From Amoebidium appalachense (lineage: Eukaryota; Protista; Ichthyosporea), in contig CAVNZM010000006.1 in assembly GCA_963693365.1 (NCBI GenBank), forward strand, positions 3,534,001 through 3,598,000: a stretch of DNA of 64,000 bases. Direction: 5' to 3'. A program made the translations under genes and the position numbers. Shown piece after piece: positions 1-25,540 of the stretch. The notes below the pieces were generated by a model. The model made no database searches. It saw only the letters and a program-made list of their open reading frames with translations, and had not been told where the DNA came from. Every line of letters starts with the position of its first letter. Position 1 is the first letter of the stretch.

Positions 1-1852
1 CATGTCTTTATTTCCCAAAAATGCACAGGTCGGTCACGTCTTTATTTCCCAATCATGCCCCTGCATTGTATACACCCGCACACTGCAGATCCCAAGAAGT
101 TTACAAAGGTGACAAAAAGAAATTCAAACATTCAACCTGATAACAGGCAGTTGCACGTCACTCCCACTTTTGTAAACGGTCCGGACCACCAGATTAGCCA
201 AACCAAAAGAGACGTTACCTGAAGGGTGATCCGCCGAGCTTCTGACTTGGCAAGCCATGTTCAAAGTTGAAATCGATAAGGTAAAAGTGGGGAGGGAGGG
301 TATGGGGAAAAGGAGGGGGGGGGAGGGGGGGAGGGGGGGGGGGGGGGGCGTAAAGCTCACCGAAGCAAGGAGGGCTGGTCTGGCAACCACGGCAGCGCGA
401 AGACCGGTGTTCACAACAGGGAGCATTTTCAATGGGGACAAGGTTCTCAAGTAAGGGCCTGCGCACACCTAATAGGCTCTGAGAGAGTCTTGCGCTTTTT
501 TCACGTACAAAATTAATAAAGAAAAACTTCGTACGGCCTGGCAGAAGAACTTTGCAGTTACAGACCTCAGACCTCAACAGCTTCAAAAGTGCAGAAGTAA
601 GGTTTTATGGGGACTCCCGCCGGAATGCAGATCTGCATTTCTTTCCCGTTCTGGAAAGGTCTTTGCCTAATAAGGCTACTAAAACTGGTTTGACATTCCT
701 GTGGGTGCGTACCTATCCAATCAATGCACAAAAGCATTCGGATGCTCGGAGTTGCCCAGGCAGCTCCAGAGTCAGGTGTAGGAATGGCACACTCAGGACA
801 ACAATACGCCGGTCACCATTCGGAAAAGCAATACAATAAAATGGATAGATAATATGCTGCGTATATTTCGTTGTAAATTTGATAGTTTCTGAAGAATGAA
901 ATATATTATTAGCCATTGAGGTTTCCAGCTCACCAAGCTTGTAAGTTTCAAGTAGATCTCGGCCTGCCGGCGGTTGCTCCGGCGGATATTGGCGGATATT
1001 GAGCCAATAAAGCCAATAAAAATCCGTTTCTTGGCCCTCTGCAGCAACGTGCGGTTTAGGCCGTGGGTTGGTCATGATGTACGCGCCTCAGGGCCGCGAG
1101 TGAGGGGTCACCGTTTCAATCGACCGGGTGACAACTATATATGTACAATGTCCTTGATATAATTTACTTTTACATATCCACATGTAAACCATGTTGGTTG
1201 TGTTTTTTTTTTTTTTGTAGCTTGGTTGTTATTGCATGTTCGCGGCCATCCGAGTGACTCCCAACAGACGGCTTAGCAGCTTAGCCAAACTGTACCAGCC
1301 CAGGGCTGTCTAAGTTTAGAACCAATTTCTAAAATTAGAACTGGCTCACTTACAGCTTTAGTCTATTCAGACTACCGCAGCCTAATATCACATATGACGT
1401 CTTGAAAGACTAATGGTCAGGCCGCATGTGACCGCTGCGCCGGCGGCCACTTGCAAGCACCGTAAGAGGCTGAGACGTATAGCGACGGCCACAGCGAGAA
1501 GCGGGTAGCCTTCGGAAGGGTTCAGAGATTTACTCAGAATATGCTCCTTGTAGGGAGAGATGCTATGAGAACAGAGAGAGTTATTCCTGATTTATTGTAT
1601 AACATTATGGACAAGGATTTACACATTTCTGATGCTACTTATTAGCCCTTTGTTCTTCTGTGCATTCGCTCATCGTGTACGGCAGCCTGTGCAGGAGCTA
1701 AGGTTGAGCAGCTAGGTGGGGCTTGTGCAGCTTCAAAAAGTAAAAGTTCATAGCACTACCCCCCTGTTCTTTTTTTTTTCGGCGCAACCATCGCGTCCGT
1801 GCAAAGGAACGCACCATTATGAGGTGATACAGGCCCACTACATTGCAGAGCC

Positions 1853-12522
<10,670 letters not shown>

Positions 12523-12806
12523 GTGTTGCTAAAAATAGGCGCATTGTGACCGCTGCTCTGTGCGCCAGATCATTAAAGAGGGGGCATTTTGTATATGTGT
12601 TAGGTGTGGTTATGTGATGGTCGTCAGGCGTTACCGACCTGGATTTTGATTGGGTCGATTCAATCAGGTAGTTTAGTGACTGGGGTTTTTGATGTGTCGT
12701 TTGCACATGTACCATAATTATTGTATATGCTGCCCTATGGCAACCTATCGATGACTTTGGGTTATTTGTGAACGCCTCTCGTCCTTGTCTTGGTGTGTGG
12801 TGGTTC

Positions 12807-12850
<44 letters not shown>

Positions 12851-12873
12851 TTTTGTTTAAGCTCCCGATCTTT

Positions 12874-12928
<55 letters not shown>

Positions 12929-13618
12929 AGATCGGTTGACTCGATAAAAAGATCGATATCACATGTGGTGCGAGTCTGTGCTTTGAAATCTTGTCTTTTT
13001 GAAAACTTTTCATGTTTCATACTTGTCCCTGCTTGGTGTGTCTGTCCGGTTTTGTGACAGTGTGATTTATAACCACACATTTGACCGATGGGGGTTGCAC
13101 TAGCTACACAGTGTGCCTTAGGCTATGGGGCAGCCTAACACCAAGCTGGTCTTGGTGGGTGCGTAATAAAATTGAGTGCAATTTTGATGATTATCCATGT
13201 GTGACGTTTCTCGTTTGTATTACTTCAAAAATTAATGCCTGCCTACCGGTACCTATCATTGTGATACTTTGGGTTCGTTTGTGTTCTGTCTGTGTGTAAA
13301 TGTGTGTGACTGTATGTTTGAAGGTGTCAGTGTGTATGTGTGTGTGTGTGTGTTCTGGAACCCGGCGGGGCACGGCAGAGCCCCGGGGAAGGGGGGGAGG
13401 GGGGGGTTGAAATAAGCCATGATCATTGGGCCTATGTCATACATGGGGTCTGCCCGTGCACAATATGTATTGAGGCCTAGGCAGCCTCCTCCCCCCCCCC
13501 CCCCCTCCCCCCCCCCCCCCCCCCCCCCCGAGGCTCCCCAACACACACACACACACACACCATGACGCGTGCACACGTGCATACACACACACACACACTC
13601 ACTCACACACGCGCGCGC

Positions 13619-13651
<33 letters not shown>

Positions 13652-14510
13652 CACACACACACGTACGCACGCACGCACACACTGATAGGAAAACAGAAAA
13701 AAAACTCCACATGGTTTAAAGCGCTGGAAAGTCTGACACTAGTCAACCTTACAAATGCGCATGTAAAACATGTACACAGGCCATGTCGATGGGAAAGCTG
13801 CTCCTTTAATCAACAGATCAGATTTGCAAGTGACACAGCATGCCTAACAACAGGAAGGCCGGATAGAAATACTACCTACATCTAGAATACAAATGATGAA
13901 ATCGCCTGACACATCAGAGTACAGGACTGTTGAGTATATACGAATAGGAAAAAAAGGTCACAGTGTGAGTATGGACAGGGAAAAAATGAACAAACGCTGT
14001 ACATTTTTGAGAAAGCTATGAGTAACCTAAGAAAGATCATCTACATATACAACAATACACTTCAAGAACCCAAAGGTGGCATTATAACGACTAGAACAAG
14101 TGGGCTATGCCTACAGCAAATTATAGCAGCCATGATGCCGGCAGTAGATTTGCAAGTAGAGTACGGCATGCTCGTAACCCCCCCTCCCCTCCCCTCCCCC
14201 TCCCCACACACACACACACACTCACACACACACTCACACACCCACAAACGCACACAAACACACACCTCGCAATCACCCATTTCGACACAAAGAATCCCAT
14301 ATGTCAATACCATTCTGATGATTCGGAAAGTTTAAAAACTAACCATTAGGGGGGAAAAAGATGCTCAGAAGAAGACTGAAATTCGTGAGCCCATCGCAAC
14401 ACCCAACTCCACAGCGGGATGCAAGTTTAATATAAAAAAAATATAAAACACCTGCGTCCAATACAATTTTCCCCTCCAAATCTCACTTTCGCTTTCGCTT
14501 TCACTTTCAC

Positions 14511-15584
14511 TCAGTTGCCTGCCGTAATGATTGCACCCACGGGGGTTCTCAGATTCGCCTCATTCTTTGCAAATTTCGCACTCTCCTTGTTTTTCTCCAC
14601 TTCAAAATTCGCCCTGCAGATGTGACCCCCACCCACAACATCCGTTATCTCCGAAGTTTTTCCAATGTTTGAAATTGCCCGCAGTATAGACGTTCTAAAC
14701 CTCACACCCACTGATCGTTTTGCTGCGGGACAATAGTTGGCCGGGGTTTTTCTCATCACATTCATCATCTCTGAGCCCGTCGCAAACCACCGAACCCCGC
14801 GCACAATTTCTGGCTCGGGTACAATGTGACCCCCGTGCATAAAATCGGCCACCATCTCGTTTTTCGAAGCATTTTCCACGTGTATGGCGGCGTTCTTCAT
14901 AAGTCTATCGGCTTCTCGTATGCATTTTTCACCTCGCAAAACCCTGCTGGTGGTCGATTTTGCGGTGCGGGATCGTGCGTTGAAAAAACCGTCAACACGT
15001 GGAAGGAACGTAGAAGATGTGCGGTTGTTTGTTGTGGGGCCGGTGTAGCGATACAGGCCGGTGGATATTTCGGGGGTGTAGAGGGGCAGAAGGGCCCAGC
15101 CGTAGGTTGCAATCCGCATCACGGCAGCAACCACAAATTTCGTCTCGGCCTCCGTCATGAAATAGTTGACGGATAAGCGTGCGGCACCGGCACGTATGAT
15201 TGCAGGATCAGCGATTATCTCCGTCTGGCTGTCTTTGTAGCCCAGCAGGCGGTGCATGTATGGGCCGGCACAGAAGCAGCCGGCCCTTGCCTGGATGCCG
15301 TACAGGTCGTTGAGCAGCGCCACCACAAAGTTGTGGTGCAGAAACTGGGCACTGGGTACGCCTGAAGGGGGGGGAGGGGGGGGGGGGGGGGGGTGAGAAA
15401 TACGGTGGTATGGTTGAATGTGTTGAACAGGGGGATTGGGGTTTAATGAAAGGAGGCCCTGGGGGTGTTTGTGTGCTACATAAAATGCTTCAGGGGTGGT
15501 GGTGGTGGTGTGGTGTATGTGTTTTTGCCAGTTATTAGTTTTTATTTGATTTCATTCATTTTTTTATTTTATTTTTTGGGTGGT

Positions 15585-15623
<39 letters not shown>

Positions 15624-17880
15624 GGGGGAGGGGGGTGTGGAGGGGTTGAAAAGGGGAAGAGCTTGGCATGCCAGGTTAGATCCGTGATGCAGGGTACGAA
15701 TTTCCAATGGTGGAAGGGGCTGTGTGTGTTTGACATTGGATGGGGTGTGTGTGTGTGGTAGTGGTAGATGTGAATATGCCGCAGTGCGCACCCCGGGGGA
15801 GGGGATAGGGGGGAAGGAGGGCTGGGAGGTTGAGGGATTGGGGGGGGGGGGGGGGGGGGGGGGAGGGGGGGCACTTCCAAGACAAAAGAGGGGGGGGGGG
15901 GGGGGGGGAGGGAGAAGGGGGCGCTAACCATCCAAGGCAGGTGCGCGGATGCGGAAGGATATGATTGGCAGGCGGCTGCTGCTGTGGTATGCACTGCGGT
16001 CGGCCCCCAACAGCTCGATGCTGGGGTGGGCGGACCAATGGGAGAGGGCCAGGCCCAGGTGCGCCATTTCTGATTGGTGGATGGTATGGGCCCCCACAGA
16101 CTCTTTGAGGCTGAACACTAACCCCGCACGGATGGCCTGAAAAAACAACTATCAGTCTACTAGGAATACGGGAATATTGATATATATATAAATATGGATA
16201 GTTGGTATTTCCCATACTCAGGCCTTGGTTCGAGGGACTGCCGCTGCATGAAAACAGCCACTATCATGTCCCCACGTGTGTGTGTGTCACGGTGTGTGGT
16301 TGTAGAACTAGTCTTCAGTTTAAATGTTTGTAGCAGTCGAGAAGTCAATACTCGGACTGTGTGGGTGGCAGTGGGGGGTGGGTGGACAGGGTTGGACCGG
16401 GTCGCGGATGGTGGTGCCAGTGTGTGAGTGTGTTTGTGTGTGTGGGTGGGTGGGTGAGTGGGTTGGTGGTCGTAGTGGTGGTGGTGGTGGGGGAGATAGG
16501 AGGAGGCGGAGGGGATGAGGGGGAGGGGCAGGCCCCGAGGAGTTCAATAAGAGGAGAGTGGTTGACACGGTGGGGCGCGGGGGGGGAGGGGGGCGGGGGG
16601 AGGGGAGGGGGAGGGGGGGGGGAGTATATGATCCGATTGCACTCACCTGAAGGATACCCGGGGTTCCACCCTCCTCCCTCTCCTCGATGTGAGTCTTGTA
16701 CTTGTGTGTGGTGTGGTTGACATATGCAACCGTCCCACCCCCAGGCACCGTAGGCACAACATTCCTGAATAGATCCCTGCGGGCAACAAGCACCCCCGCA
16801 CTGCCCGGCCCACCAATGAACTTGTGGGGGGAGAAGAAGAACGCATCGGCCTGGCCGACATGGAGGTCCAAATATGGGCCGGCTGCGGCGCAATCCCAAA
16901 ATGAGAGAAACTCGTTTGCTTTGAGGACGGTGGTGATTGCTACCATATCGGGACATATGCCCGTCACGTTGCTCCCTGCGCTGAAACTGGCAATTTTGAT
17001 TGGTCGATCTTTGAAGAGGAGTGCAAATCTCTCCACATCCGCTGGTTCGAGGTTGCCAGTGATGTTGTTTTCTGGGATGGCCACCACTTCTGCGCCTGTT
17101 TCCCGCCATGTGACCTCGTTGCTATGATGCTCGTAGGGCCCAACCAATACGATCGGTCGGTTAGCTGTGTCTTTGCCATATTTGGTTATCTCAGGTGTCA
17201 ACGCCTGTGGGTGGATCCTATTGGTCAAACATCCTTTGCACGGTGAATTGCCCCACGGCACAATATTATCTTGCACTGAGAGTTGCATTGGCCAAGTCGG
17301 CCTCTGAAAATGCTGCTACCCACCCATCTGCAACTCCGGGAGTCTTGGTTGTGCGTAACATGCAGGCCCCATAGATGGTACACAATACACAACAACGTCG
17401 TTTCCTGTGGCAATCAACTTCAAAAATAACCTCCAAGATTTTCTGATTGTGAGTGAACAGTTTACAGTAATCCAACGCAACCATGATTGATCATTTTGCA
17501 CTTACCCTGACAACCTTGTCGATTGCGGCCGTGGCGCCTGATCCGCAAAACAGCACCACGTGGGTTTTCGGGTCGGCCCGAACCGACTTGATGATGATTT
17601 CCCGGGCCTGCTCCACAAACCCAGTGGTAGCCTGGCCACAGTGGCTCTGCTCCGTGTGTGTGTTTGCGTAAACAGGGGCAGCCCACCCCCCCATAAACTC
17701 TTCAACGGCGCCAAGATGTCGCCCACTGGCCGTGTAGTCGCAGTAGACCAGCTGCCGTGGCCCAAATGGGCCCGAAACCACTGCCTTGCGACCAATCACA
17801 TCACGGCGTACCTTATCAATGAGATCAGTGCGTGGGGCGGTGCATTGGTCCTCGACCTGTTCTTCTTGGACGATTGTCAT
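14511..17880 (-). CDS. Aminotransferase class V (cysteine desulfurase/selenocysteine lyase-like PLP enzyme), ~663 aa, 4 exons
   Basis: Exons 17880-17506, 17204-16647, 16136-15929 and 15361-14511 splice in frame (1992 nt). Motifs: YCDYTASGR, YANTHTE, GPYEHHSN, SAGSNVTG, WDCAAAGPY, SPHKFIGGPG (PLP lysine), EEGGTPGI, GIQARAGCFCAGPY. Confidence 0.9.
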
Positions 17881-18089
17881 TGTCGTAAGCTGCTGGGTGC
17901 TCACTGGGTGATCATATATGGCTGTGGATTTGCGTGCTCGTGTTAGCAAGCTTGTTCGTTAGCGACCCCGGTTATATACTAAAGGAGTTATAATCATGCA
18001 CATGTTGTTTGCAAGACTAATTGACACAACGAAAACAGTCTGCGACAAGTGGCAATACGTGCTGCCACATCAAGATGATGGTATCACAG

Positions 18090-18433
18090 GAGGACCCAAC
18101 CACATCGGCAGAGTCAACTTGCAAAAAGCAGAATTATTCTGCAAACGCGGAATGATTCTGCGAAAAGCAGAATCGAAAAGCAGAATTATTCTGCAGAAGC
18201 AGAATCAATCTGCTAAAAGCAGAATTACTCTGCAAACAGCAGAATAAATCTGCTAAAAGCAGAATCAAGCTGCTTTTAGCAGAATTATTCTGCTGTTTGC
18301 AGAGTATGATTCTGCTTTTTGCAGAATAATTCTGCTTTTTGCAGAATGATTCTGCTTTTTGCAGAATAATTCTGCTTTTTGCAGAATAATTCTGCTCGGA
18401 GCAAGTTGGCTCAGCTGATGTGGTTGGGCCCTC
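18090..18433. mobile_element. Non-autonomous foldback MITE, Sola2-like (GAG...CTC ends, 4-bp TSD ACAG)
   Basis: 33-bp imperfect TIRs at 18090-18122 (GAGGACCCAACCACATCGGCAGAGTCAACTTGC) and 18401-18433. ACAG lies on both sides (18086-18089, 18434-18437). The interior is ~20-bp units GCAGAATnATTCTGC with A-spacers in the left half and T-spacers in the right half. The superfamily call rests only on GRG termini plus a 4-bp TSD. Confidence 0.75.
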
Positions 18434-19881
18434 ACAGGGGCCTTAGCTATAGTAACTACTATATTCACTATATGATTACCACGATGCATGCTTACTAAGA
18501 AGTTTTTGCTAAAGCGTTAATTAAGTGGCAGTATATCACTGGCACACGCTCATTCTGTTAGGTCTGACTTGTGGCCTATCTATGGAACTTTCGACTTATG
18601 TATACTGCAGTGTGTCACCCGAGGCTCCATTTATTTGCAGTACAAATCATTTAAGCAAGAGTCGCCGTGTATGTTGGGTGTTTTTGGAAGTTTTGCGACC
18701 TAATTAGGCAGCAAAGCCATGAGTGGGCCTGCTGGATTGTGATGCTACTTTGTTAGCCTGGTGCCAGCGGCCTTGTGTCAAATACGAACTGCAAGATGGT
18801 GCAAGTTACAAAGAGCTAATCATGTAGTATTTCATTAGACTGGGTCACTGATATTAAATATTGTGGCCTCATGATCAGGCGATGTCTGGGCAGCGCCAAC
18901 AAGCTTCAGCGCATCATGTGAATACATGAACATGCAGGCCACGAGTTGAGGCACTATTATCATACCGTGGCACTTCGGAAACTGGGACTTGGAACACCTA
19001 CCTAGGCCTGTGATTTGTGTGTGACATTACAATAGGTCGTAGTGTGACAACAGCTTTTATGCTGAACAGCCGTGACGGTCGGCACAACACACTGAGCACC
19101 GATGACCCGCGTGGGTACGTATTATTTCTCCCATCTTTCACGTGGAACTAATTAGTATGCGCTGCAGTCCTAGGAAGAGAGTATATGTAGAGCTAACACT
19201 GCAAAAAAGGCAAACACGTATACTATAAAAATAATAAATGTAGGTCCTGTCTGGAAAAACTTAGGTAGTATATGGTGGGGAAAAGGGGACCCGTGCGCCG
19301 GGAGTGGAGAACGGGCCGTTCGCACGTGCATTATGTGATGATGCCCTGGAATTTTGCATGGGCCCATATCAATGATTACGCTGGCACCACCATGCCTCAC
19401 ATAAGATAGTGATGGGTAATAGAAGCATATGTATTTTTAGGCACCAGTAATAGATATGAGAAGTGGCAATGTCACACTTACAGAGGTACTATTTGGAAGA
19501 CAGTTATGTTTCGCGTACAGCCACACCAATCTCACTAACATGGACTACCAGAGAGGCAAAGACGTCAGAGATTCCCAAGTGATCTGATTGGCATTCTATA
19601 TTAGATCGTTGGTCCAGGGTGAAAATTACTCCTGTAATTTAGTTGGTTGCACCGTTTTTGTTGGAAAAGCCTACTGGTTATGTTCAGGTGAAAATAGAGG
19701 CAACCAAAGACCAGTGTCGTGATTGTTTGGAACTTGGGGCATTTAATTACAGCCAATCAAAGCGTTTTCTATTATTAGATTATAGATCTCAGATCTATCG
19801 ACTGCCAGCACGTGCAACTTGCAATGCGCAGGCTGTTTGTCTTACATGTTGTTTTTCTCTGCCTTCTTCTTTCTTTCTTTC

Positions 19882-19912
<31 letters not shown>

Positions 19913-19924
19913 CCAAAAAAAAAA

Positions 19925-20129
19925 CGGGGATGTAAATGATTTACGGCTTGTGGTTGTGAAGAAACCAGACTGTCGTTACCGCGACGCGGTGTGACATATG
20001 TTTGTGGAGATTTCTTCAACACTGTTGAACTTTCCAAACGGTTCGTAGTTTGGTTTTCCGAGTGATTCAAGTAATTTCTCTCCGCTAAAGTTTCATGCCA
20101 GGTGGGAGGAGGAAGGGGAGGGAGGGAGG

Positions 20130-20161
<32 letters not shown>

Positions 20162-20210
20162 AGGGAGGGGAAGTGAAGGTTAAGGCAAATTTATCCGAGT
20201 TGGCAAGGGG
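19925..20210. repeat. Copy of a dispersed non-coding repeat (related to 31100-31375)
   Basis: Shares blocks with 31130-31375: TTGTGGTTGTGAA, TATGTTTGTGGAGATTTCTT, TTTCTCTCCGCTnAAGTTTCAnGCCAGGT, TAAGGCAAATTTA..GAGTTGGCA. Confidence 0.7.
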
Positions 20211-20476
20211 GGGGAGGGGGACGGGAGAGGGGGGGGGGGGGGGGGGGGGGGAGGGGGGTGTTAGTGATATGAAGTGATATGAAGCCTGCACTGACATGAT
20301 AAGTTATCAACGGTTACCGTTGAGCCCTAGAAATCAACCCCATCCCTGTTAGGGCATGTGAGTCCGTTTCTTTTGCATGCACTGCACAGGTTATGCAGGT
20401 CTCGGAGACTTCTACTTGCAGAGAGGGAGCTGCTGGTGCCCGCATGGATTTACATGTTTTGGTTTTATTGGGGGGT

Positions 20477-20540
<64 letters not shown>

Positions 20541-21013
20541 ATCGACCCGTGATGCAAACTGTCAACACCGTTGCTCACCCTGTTCACTGATTTGGCCCGG
20601 GCTTATTGTGTCAAAATTTTGCCTATGTGGCCGGGGATGCCATAGGGCGGGCCTAGGGACTGGAACTTCAGACGCTGCGGCAGGACACATTTTTTCGACG
20701 TGCTATTGTTAAACACACCGCAACTGCTGCAACTGCTTACTCAGTCCACAGTCCAACGAATGTATACTGCCCAACTTTCATTGATAGCCTAAGTGACTGC
20801 GGTTTTCAGTTACGAACCAAATTTATTAAAAAATATCCAGATATCCAGATATCCAGAAGTAGGGAATGCAGGCCCGAGATCATCAAGTTCTCAAACAGTT
20901 GCGTTACAGTCTGCTAACTGAATGCTATTCATTGACATATTTTTAAAGCCAACGTGCCCGGCGGCGCTAGACATAGCTTAACCCAAAATTTCTAATCACA
21001 CCCTCTCCCCCCT

Positions 21014-21045
<32 letters not shown>

Positions 21046-21409
21046 CCTCCCCCGAAGGCTGTCCGCAAGAAAAAAGAACATCCACTGGGCCGCACCCACA
21101 CCAGTATTCCAAACGTCATGCCAACTCAACCCCCCGGTCTCTCTCCCCCTTCCCCTCCTCACCCTTCTCCCCTCCCCTCCCCCCTCCCCCCTCCCTTCCT
21201 CTTCCCCTCTCCTCCCCTCTCCCCCTCCCCCCCCCCCCCCCCGGGACATCCCTCTCATTCTCTCTCCATCTATCATACTCTCTCTCTCTCTCTTACCCCC
21301 CCCCCCCCCCCCCCCCCCCCCACCCCACCCCCGGGCCCAGGTACTTCGAGGCTCACTTCAGTCTCACTCAGTTTAAACCTTAGTCACAGTGTGCATAGAA
21401 CTCATTCAC

Positions 21410-22715
21410 TCCACCAGCGGCTCCTCCTGTTCGCAAAATTTTACTTTACCGTCTCGTTGTTGGAAATCAATATTTGCCCTGCTGATGTTTTGATTCCCCC
21501 CATTTACGTCTTTGTTGACGAATTTTCCGATTCTCGATATTGCATGCGCATGCGCCGTCGCCAAAGGAAATCCACTTCGTTTTCTTTTGGGGGGGCTGGG
21601 TGTAAATGTGTACATGGATGGGGCCTTTTCCCATCAAATCCACTATTTCGGACCCCACCACAAACCATCGAACTTCGCGCACAATCTTAGGCTCCACCAC
21701 CATGTGACCGCCCTCTATAAAATCGTCTACACTACCTTTCACTTTTGCATTTTCCACCATCAGGGGGGCATTTTCCTTGATCCTTTCTGCCTCTCGCAGG
21801 TACTTTTTACCTGTTAAACCCCCCCGTGGGGAAATTTTTGCAGACTAAGTGCCGGGGGCCCCATGTGCGTAAAGTTTTCAATTCGTGGGAGGAGGAAAGA
21901 CGTCGAGCAGGTGGTTGTTGTGAGGCCGGTATAATAATACAGGCCGGTGGATAATAGTATATCTCAGGGGACCCGGTATTGATTGCGATGTAAAAGAGCA
22001 GAAGGGCCTGAGCCGTAGCTTGCAGTCTGCATCACGGCCGCCACCACAAATCTCGCCTCACTGAGCCTCAGCTGAATGAAAGATTTGACGGAAAGTTGGA
22101 TGGCGCTGGCGCGGATGATTGCAGGATCAGCGATTCTCTCCCTCTGGCTGTCGTTGTAGCCCAGCAGGCGGTGCATGTATGGGCCGGCACAGAAGCAGCC
22201 GGCCCTTGCCTGGATGCCGTACAGGCCGTTGAGCAGCCCACCACAAAGTTGTGGTGCAGAAACTGGGCACTGGGTGCGCCTCCTAAAAAGTTGGGGGGGG
22301 GAGGGGGGAGCACATGAGAATTACAATGACATGTAAAATACTACACGAGGAAATTTGTTTATTATAGGGGGTGGAAAGAGGCTGAGGGGAATTCGAAGGG
22401 GGATGGGTGGCCCAGGGGGGTGGGGGGGAGGGGGGTTGGCCCGGGGAGGGGGTGGGGGGGGAGGGGTAGCTCTCGAAAATAAACTGAGGGAACGGGGGGG
22501 GGGGGGGGAGGGGGGGGGGGGGGGAGGGCTAACCATCCAAGGCAGGTGCGCGGACTCGGAAGGGTGTGATTGGCAGGCGGCTGCTGCTGTGGTATGCACT
22601 GCGGTCGGCCCCCAACAGCTCGATGCTTGGGGTGGGTGGACCAATGGGAGAGGGCCAGGCCCAGGTGCGCCATTTCTGGTTGGTGGATACTTTGGACCCC
22701 CACAGACTCCTTGAC
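21410..22715 (-). pseudogene. Degenerate copy of aminotransferase-V exons 3 and 4
   Basis: Near-identical stretches to 15929-16110 and 14550-15361 (e.g. MAHLGLALSHWS, SIELLGADRSAYHSSSRLP, MHRLLGYNDSQ..IADPAIIRAS), with frameshifts and in-frame disruptions. Confidence 0.85.
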
Positions 22716-23460
22716 CTGTGAAAGAGTGGCTGGTCTTCAAGCATGTGTATTGGCATGCGGATTGCATACTGAGTCCCTGAAGCTCAGAGCGAACTCAAAC
22801 ACAGATTAAGTTGACACTGACCCCCCCCAGTCCCGCTCCCCCATGTACATTAGCTCTCTGTCTTCTCTCTCTTTAGCAGGTAAAGCCTCAAGTCAGGATC
22901 ATGCGTTCACTCATGCGTGTATTCTCACTTTCCTGCCCCCTCCCCTCACCCCCCCCCCCCCCTCCCCCTCCCCTCCCCCTCTTTCCCTCAAACTCTCCTG
23001 ATCGCAAATTACATGCAAACACGTACACCAAGCACGCACACACACACTTAATTCCCACTTCCCTTCACACAACACACACACCGGCACACATCCTTTACGG
23101 ACATCCTCTTTCAGATCTCTCTGCCTCTCTCTCTCTTCCCCCCCCCCTGTCTCTCTCTCTCCCTCTCTCTCCTCTCTCTCTCCCTCCCCCCTCCCCTCCC
23201 CTTCCGTGTTTTAGGCCCCCCTAGTATGATGAGCTCTGCTTAGAATGCATACTCTTTATATGTGCTTTGCAATCTGCATTGTGTGTCCGTTACCCCCCCT
23301 TTCCCTGCCTCCTCCCCGCTCCTCCTCCTCTCCTCGCTCGTCAGCTCCGCCCCTTCCCTTCACACACGCACACGCGTGCGCACACATAAACACACTCATA
23401 CACTTGTGCGCGCGCACGCACACACACGCAGACACACACACAGACTGACATACACAGACA

Positions 23461-23509
<49 letters not shown>

Positions 23510-23517
23510 TACACACA

Positions 23518-23555
<38 letters not shown>

Positions 23556-23667
23556 GTGGCACACACACACAAACACGCACACACACGCACATGCACACAT
23601 ACATCCTTCTCCTGCCCCCCCCCCCCCCCCCCCGGGCCCCCCCTCCTCCTCCTGTCCCCGTTCCTTT

Positions 23668-23724
<57 letters not shown>

Positions 23725-23815
23725 CACATATACACACACCGTGTCATACACACACACAACACACACACACATACACATCCTTCTTCTTTCCCCTCTCCCC
23801 TCTCCCCGTCTCTTT

Positions 23816-23887
<72 letters not shown>

Positions 23888-23913
23888 ATAGACACACACA
23901 CACACACACAGGT

Positions 23914-23967
<54 letters not shown>

Positions 23968-24101
23968 ACTTTACTTACTGCCATGCCACAGTGTGGCAGT
24001 TGTACAGCAAAAATTGGAAATAAACTCCAAGCCCAAGTCTTTTTTTCAGCCGTCCCCCTCCCCCCTTTCAAACCTTATCCCTAAAGTAACAAACATGCAC
24101 A

Positions 24102-24138
<37 letters not shown>

Positions 24139-25009
24139 CACACACACACACACGCACACACACACACACACACAAATCCATAGATAAAACACAAACATGC
24201 AGCCTGCAACGAGAAAATATATATTTGCAGGTGCATGCCCGGATTGACTCTAACTTGTAACTTTGGCCGGAATATACTATTTTTTGTACATAATTTAAGG
24301 AAAGAAAAAGTATTTTAGGCATTCAGTTCATAGTATAGCTTATTATAATGCTATTACCGTGTATGTAAACGAGTATGGCGCGAACAGAAATTCTTGTTGT
24401 GAATCAATGAGTGAAGATAGCTAATATATATATATGCGTGAACTATGACGGACACTTTTGAGGTTGTCACACGGATTGAAAATGGTGTATGAATCAGACC
24501 TATGGGTTGTATGGATCGAATGGTCATGGAACAAAATAAACTTGAACTGCAGGGGTAGCATTTTCAGTTTCGACGATGACCTCCCCCCCCCCCCCCCCCC
24601 CTCTCCCCCCCCCCCTCCCCCCCCCCCCCCCCCCCCCCCCCCAACAAAAAAAAAAAAGAAGAAAAAAAAAGAGGCCTGCTGCCTCGGGCCCGGGGCCCTA
24701 CTCGGGGGAGGAGGAGGAGGAGGGGGGGGGGAGAGCACCTTGAGGCATGAGGGTGTACCGAAAATGGTGGAAAGTGACCCCCTCATGAGTAGCCGAATCC
24801 GATTGCATTATAAAACCCCAATAGAACTTAGCGAATGTTGAATGCCTATCCCAAAGCCTGCTTCCTTGTGTCCTTGGAGGTTGGTTAGGGTCACAGTCAT
24901 GTGGGTGCTGAGTTATGATGCACACCGTAGTACACAGCACGTAAAGCAGTACCATTAGGCGGCTTATTAGCCACATGTGTGCATGCACACACACACACAC
25001 ACACACCGT

Positions 25010-25410
<401 letters not shown>

Positions 25411-25424
25411 ACACGCGCGCGCGT

Positions 25425-25540
<116 letters not shown>

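Noticed and set aside
120-1075. Possible divergent minus-strand gene (MLPVVNTGLRAAVVARPALLAS followed by GTGAG; 120-aa ORF 713-1075)
   Set aside because: No consistent exon chain or recognisable domain could be built, and it may run off the window edge.
18120-18400. Regular palindromic repeats that look like a CRISPR array
   Set aside because: Spacers are only ~5-nt A or T runs, there are no cas genes, and the array is enclosed by TIRs and a TSD, so it is a MITE.
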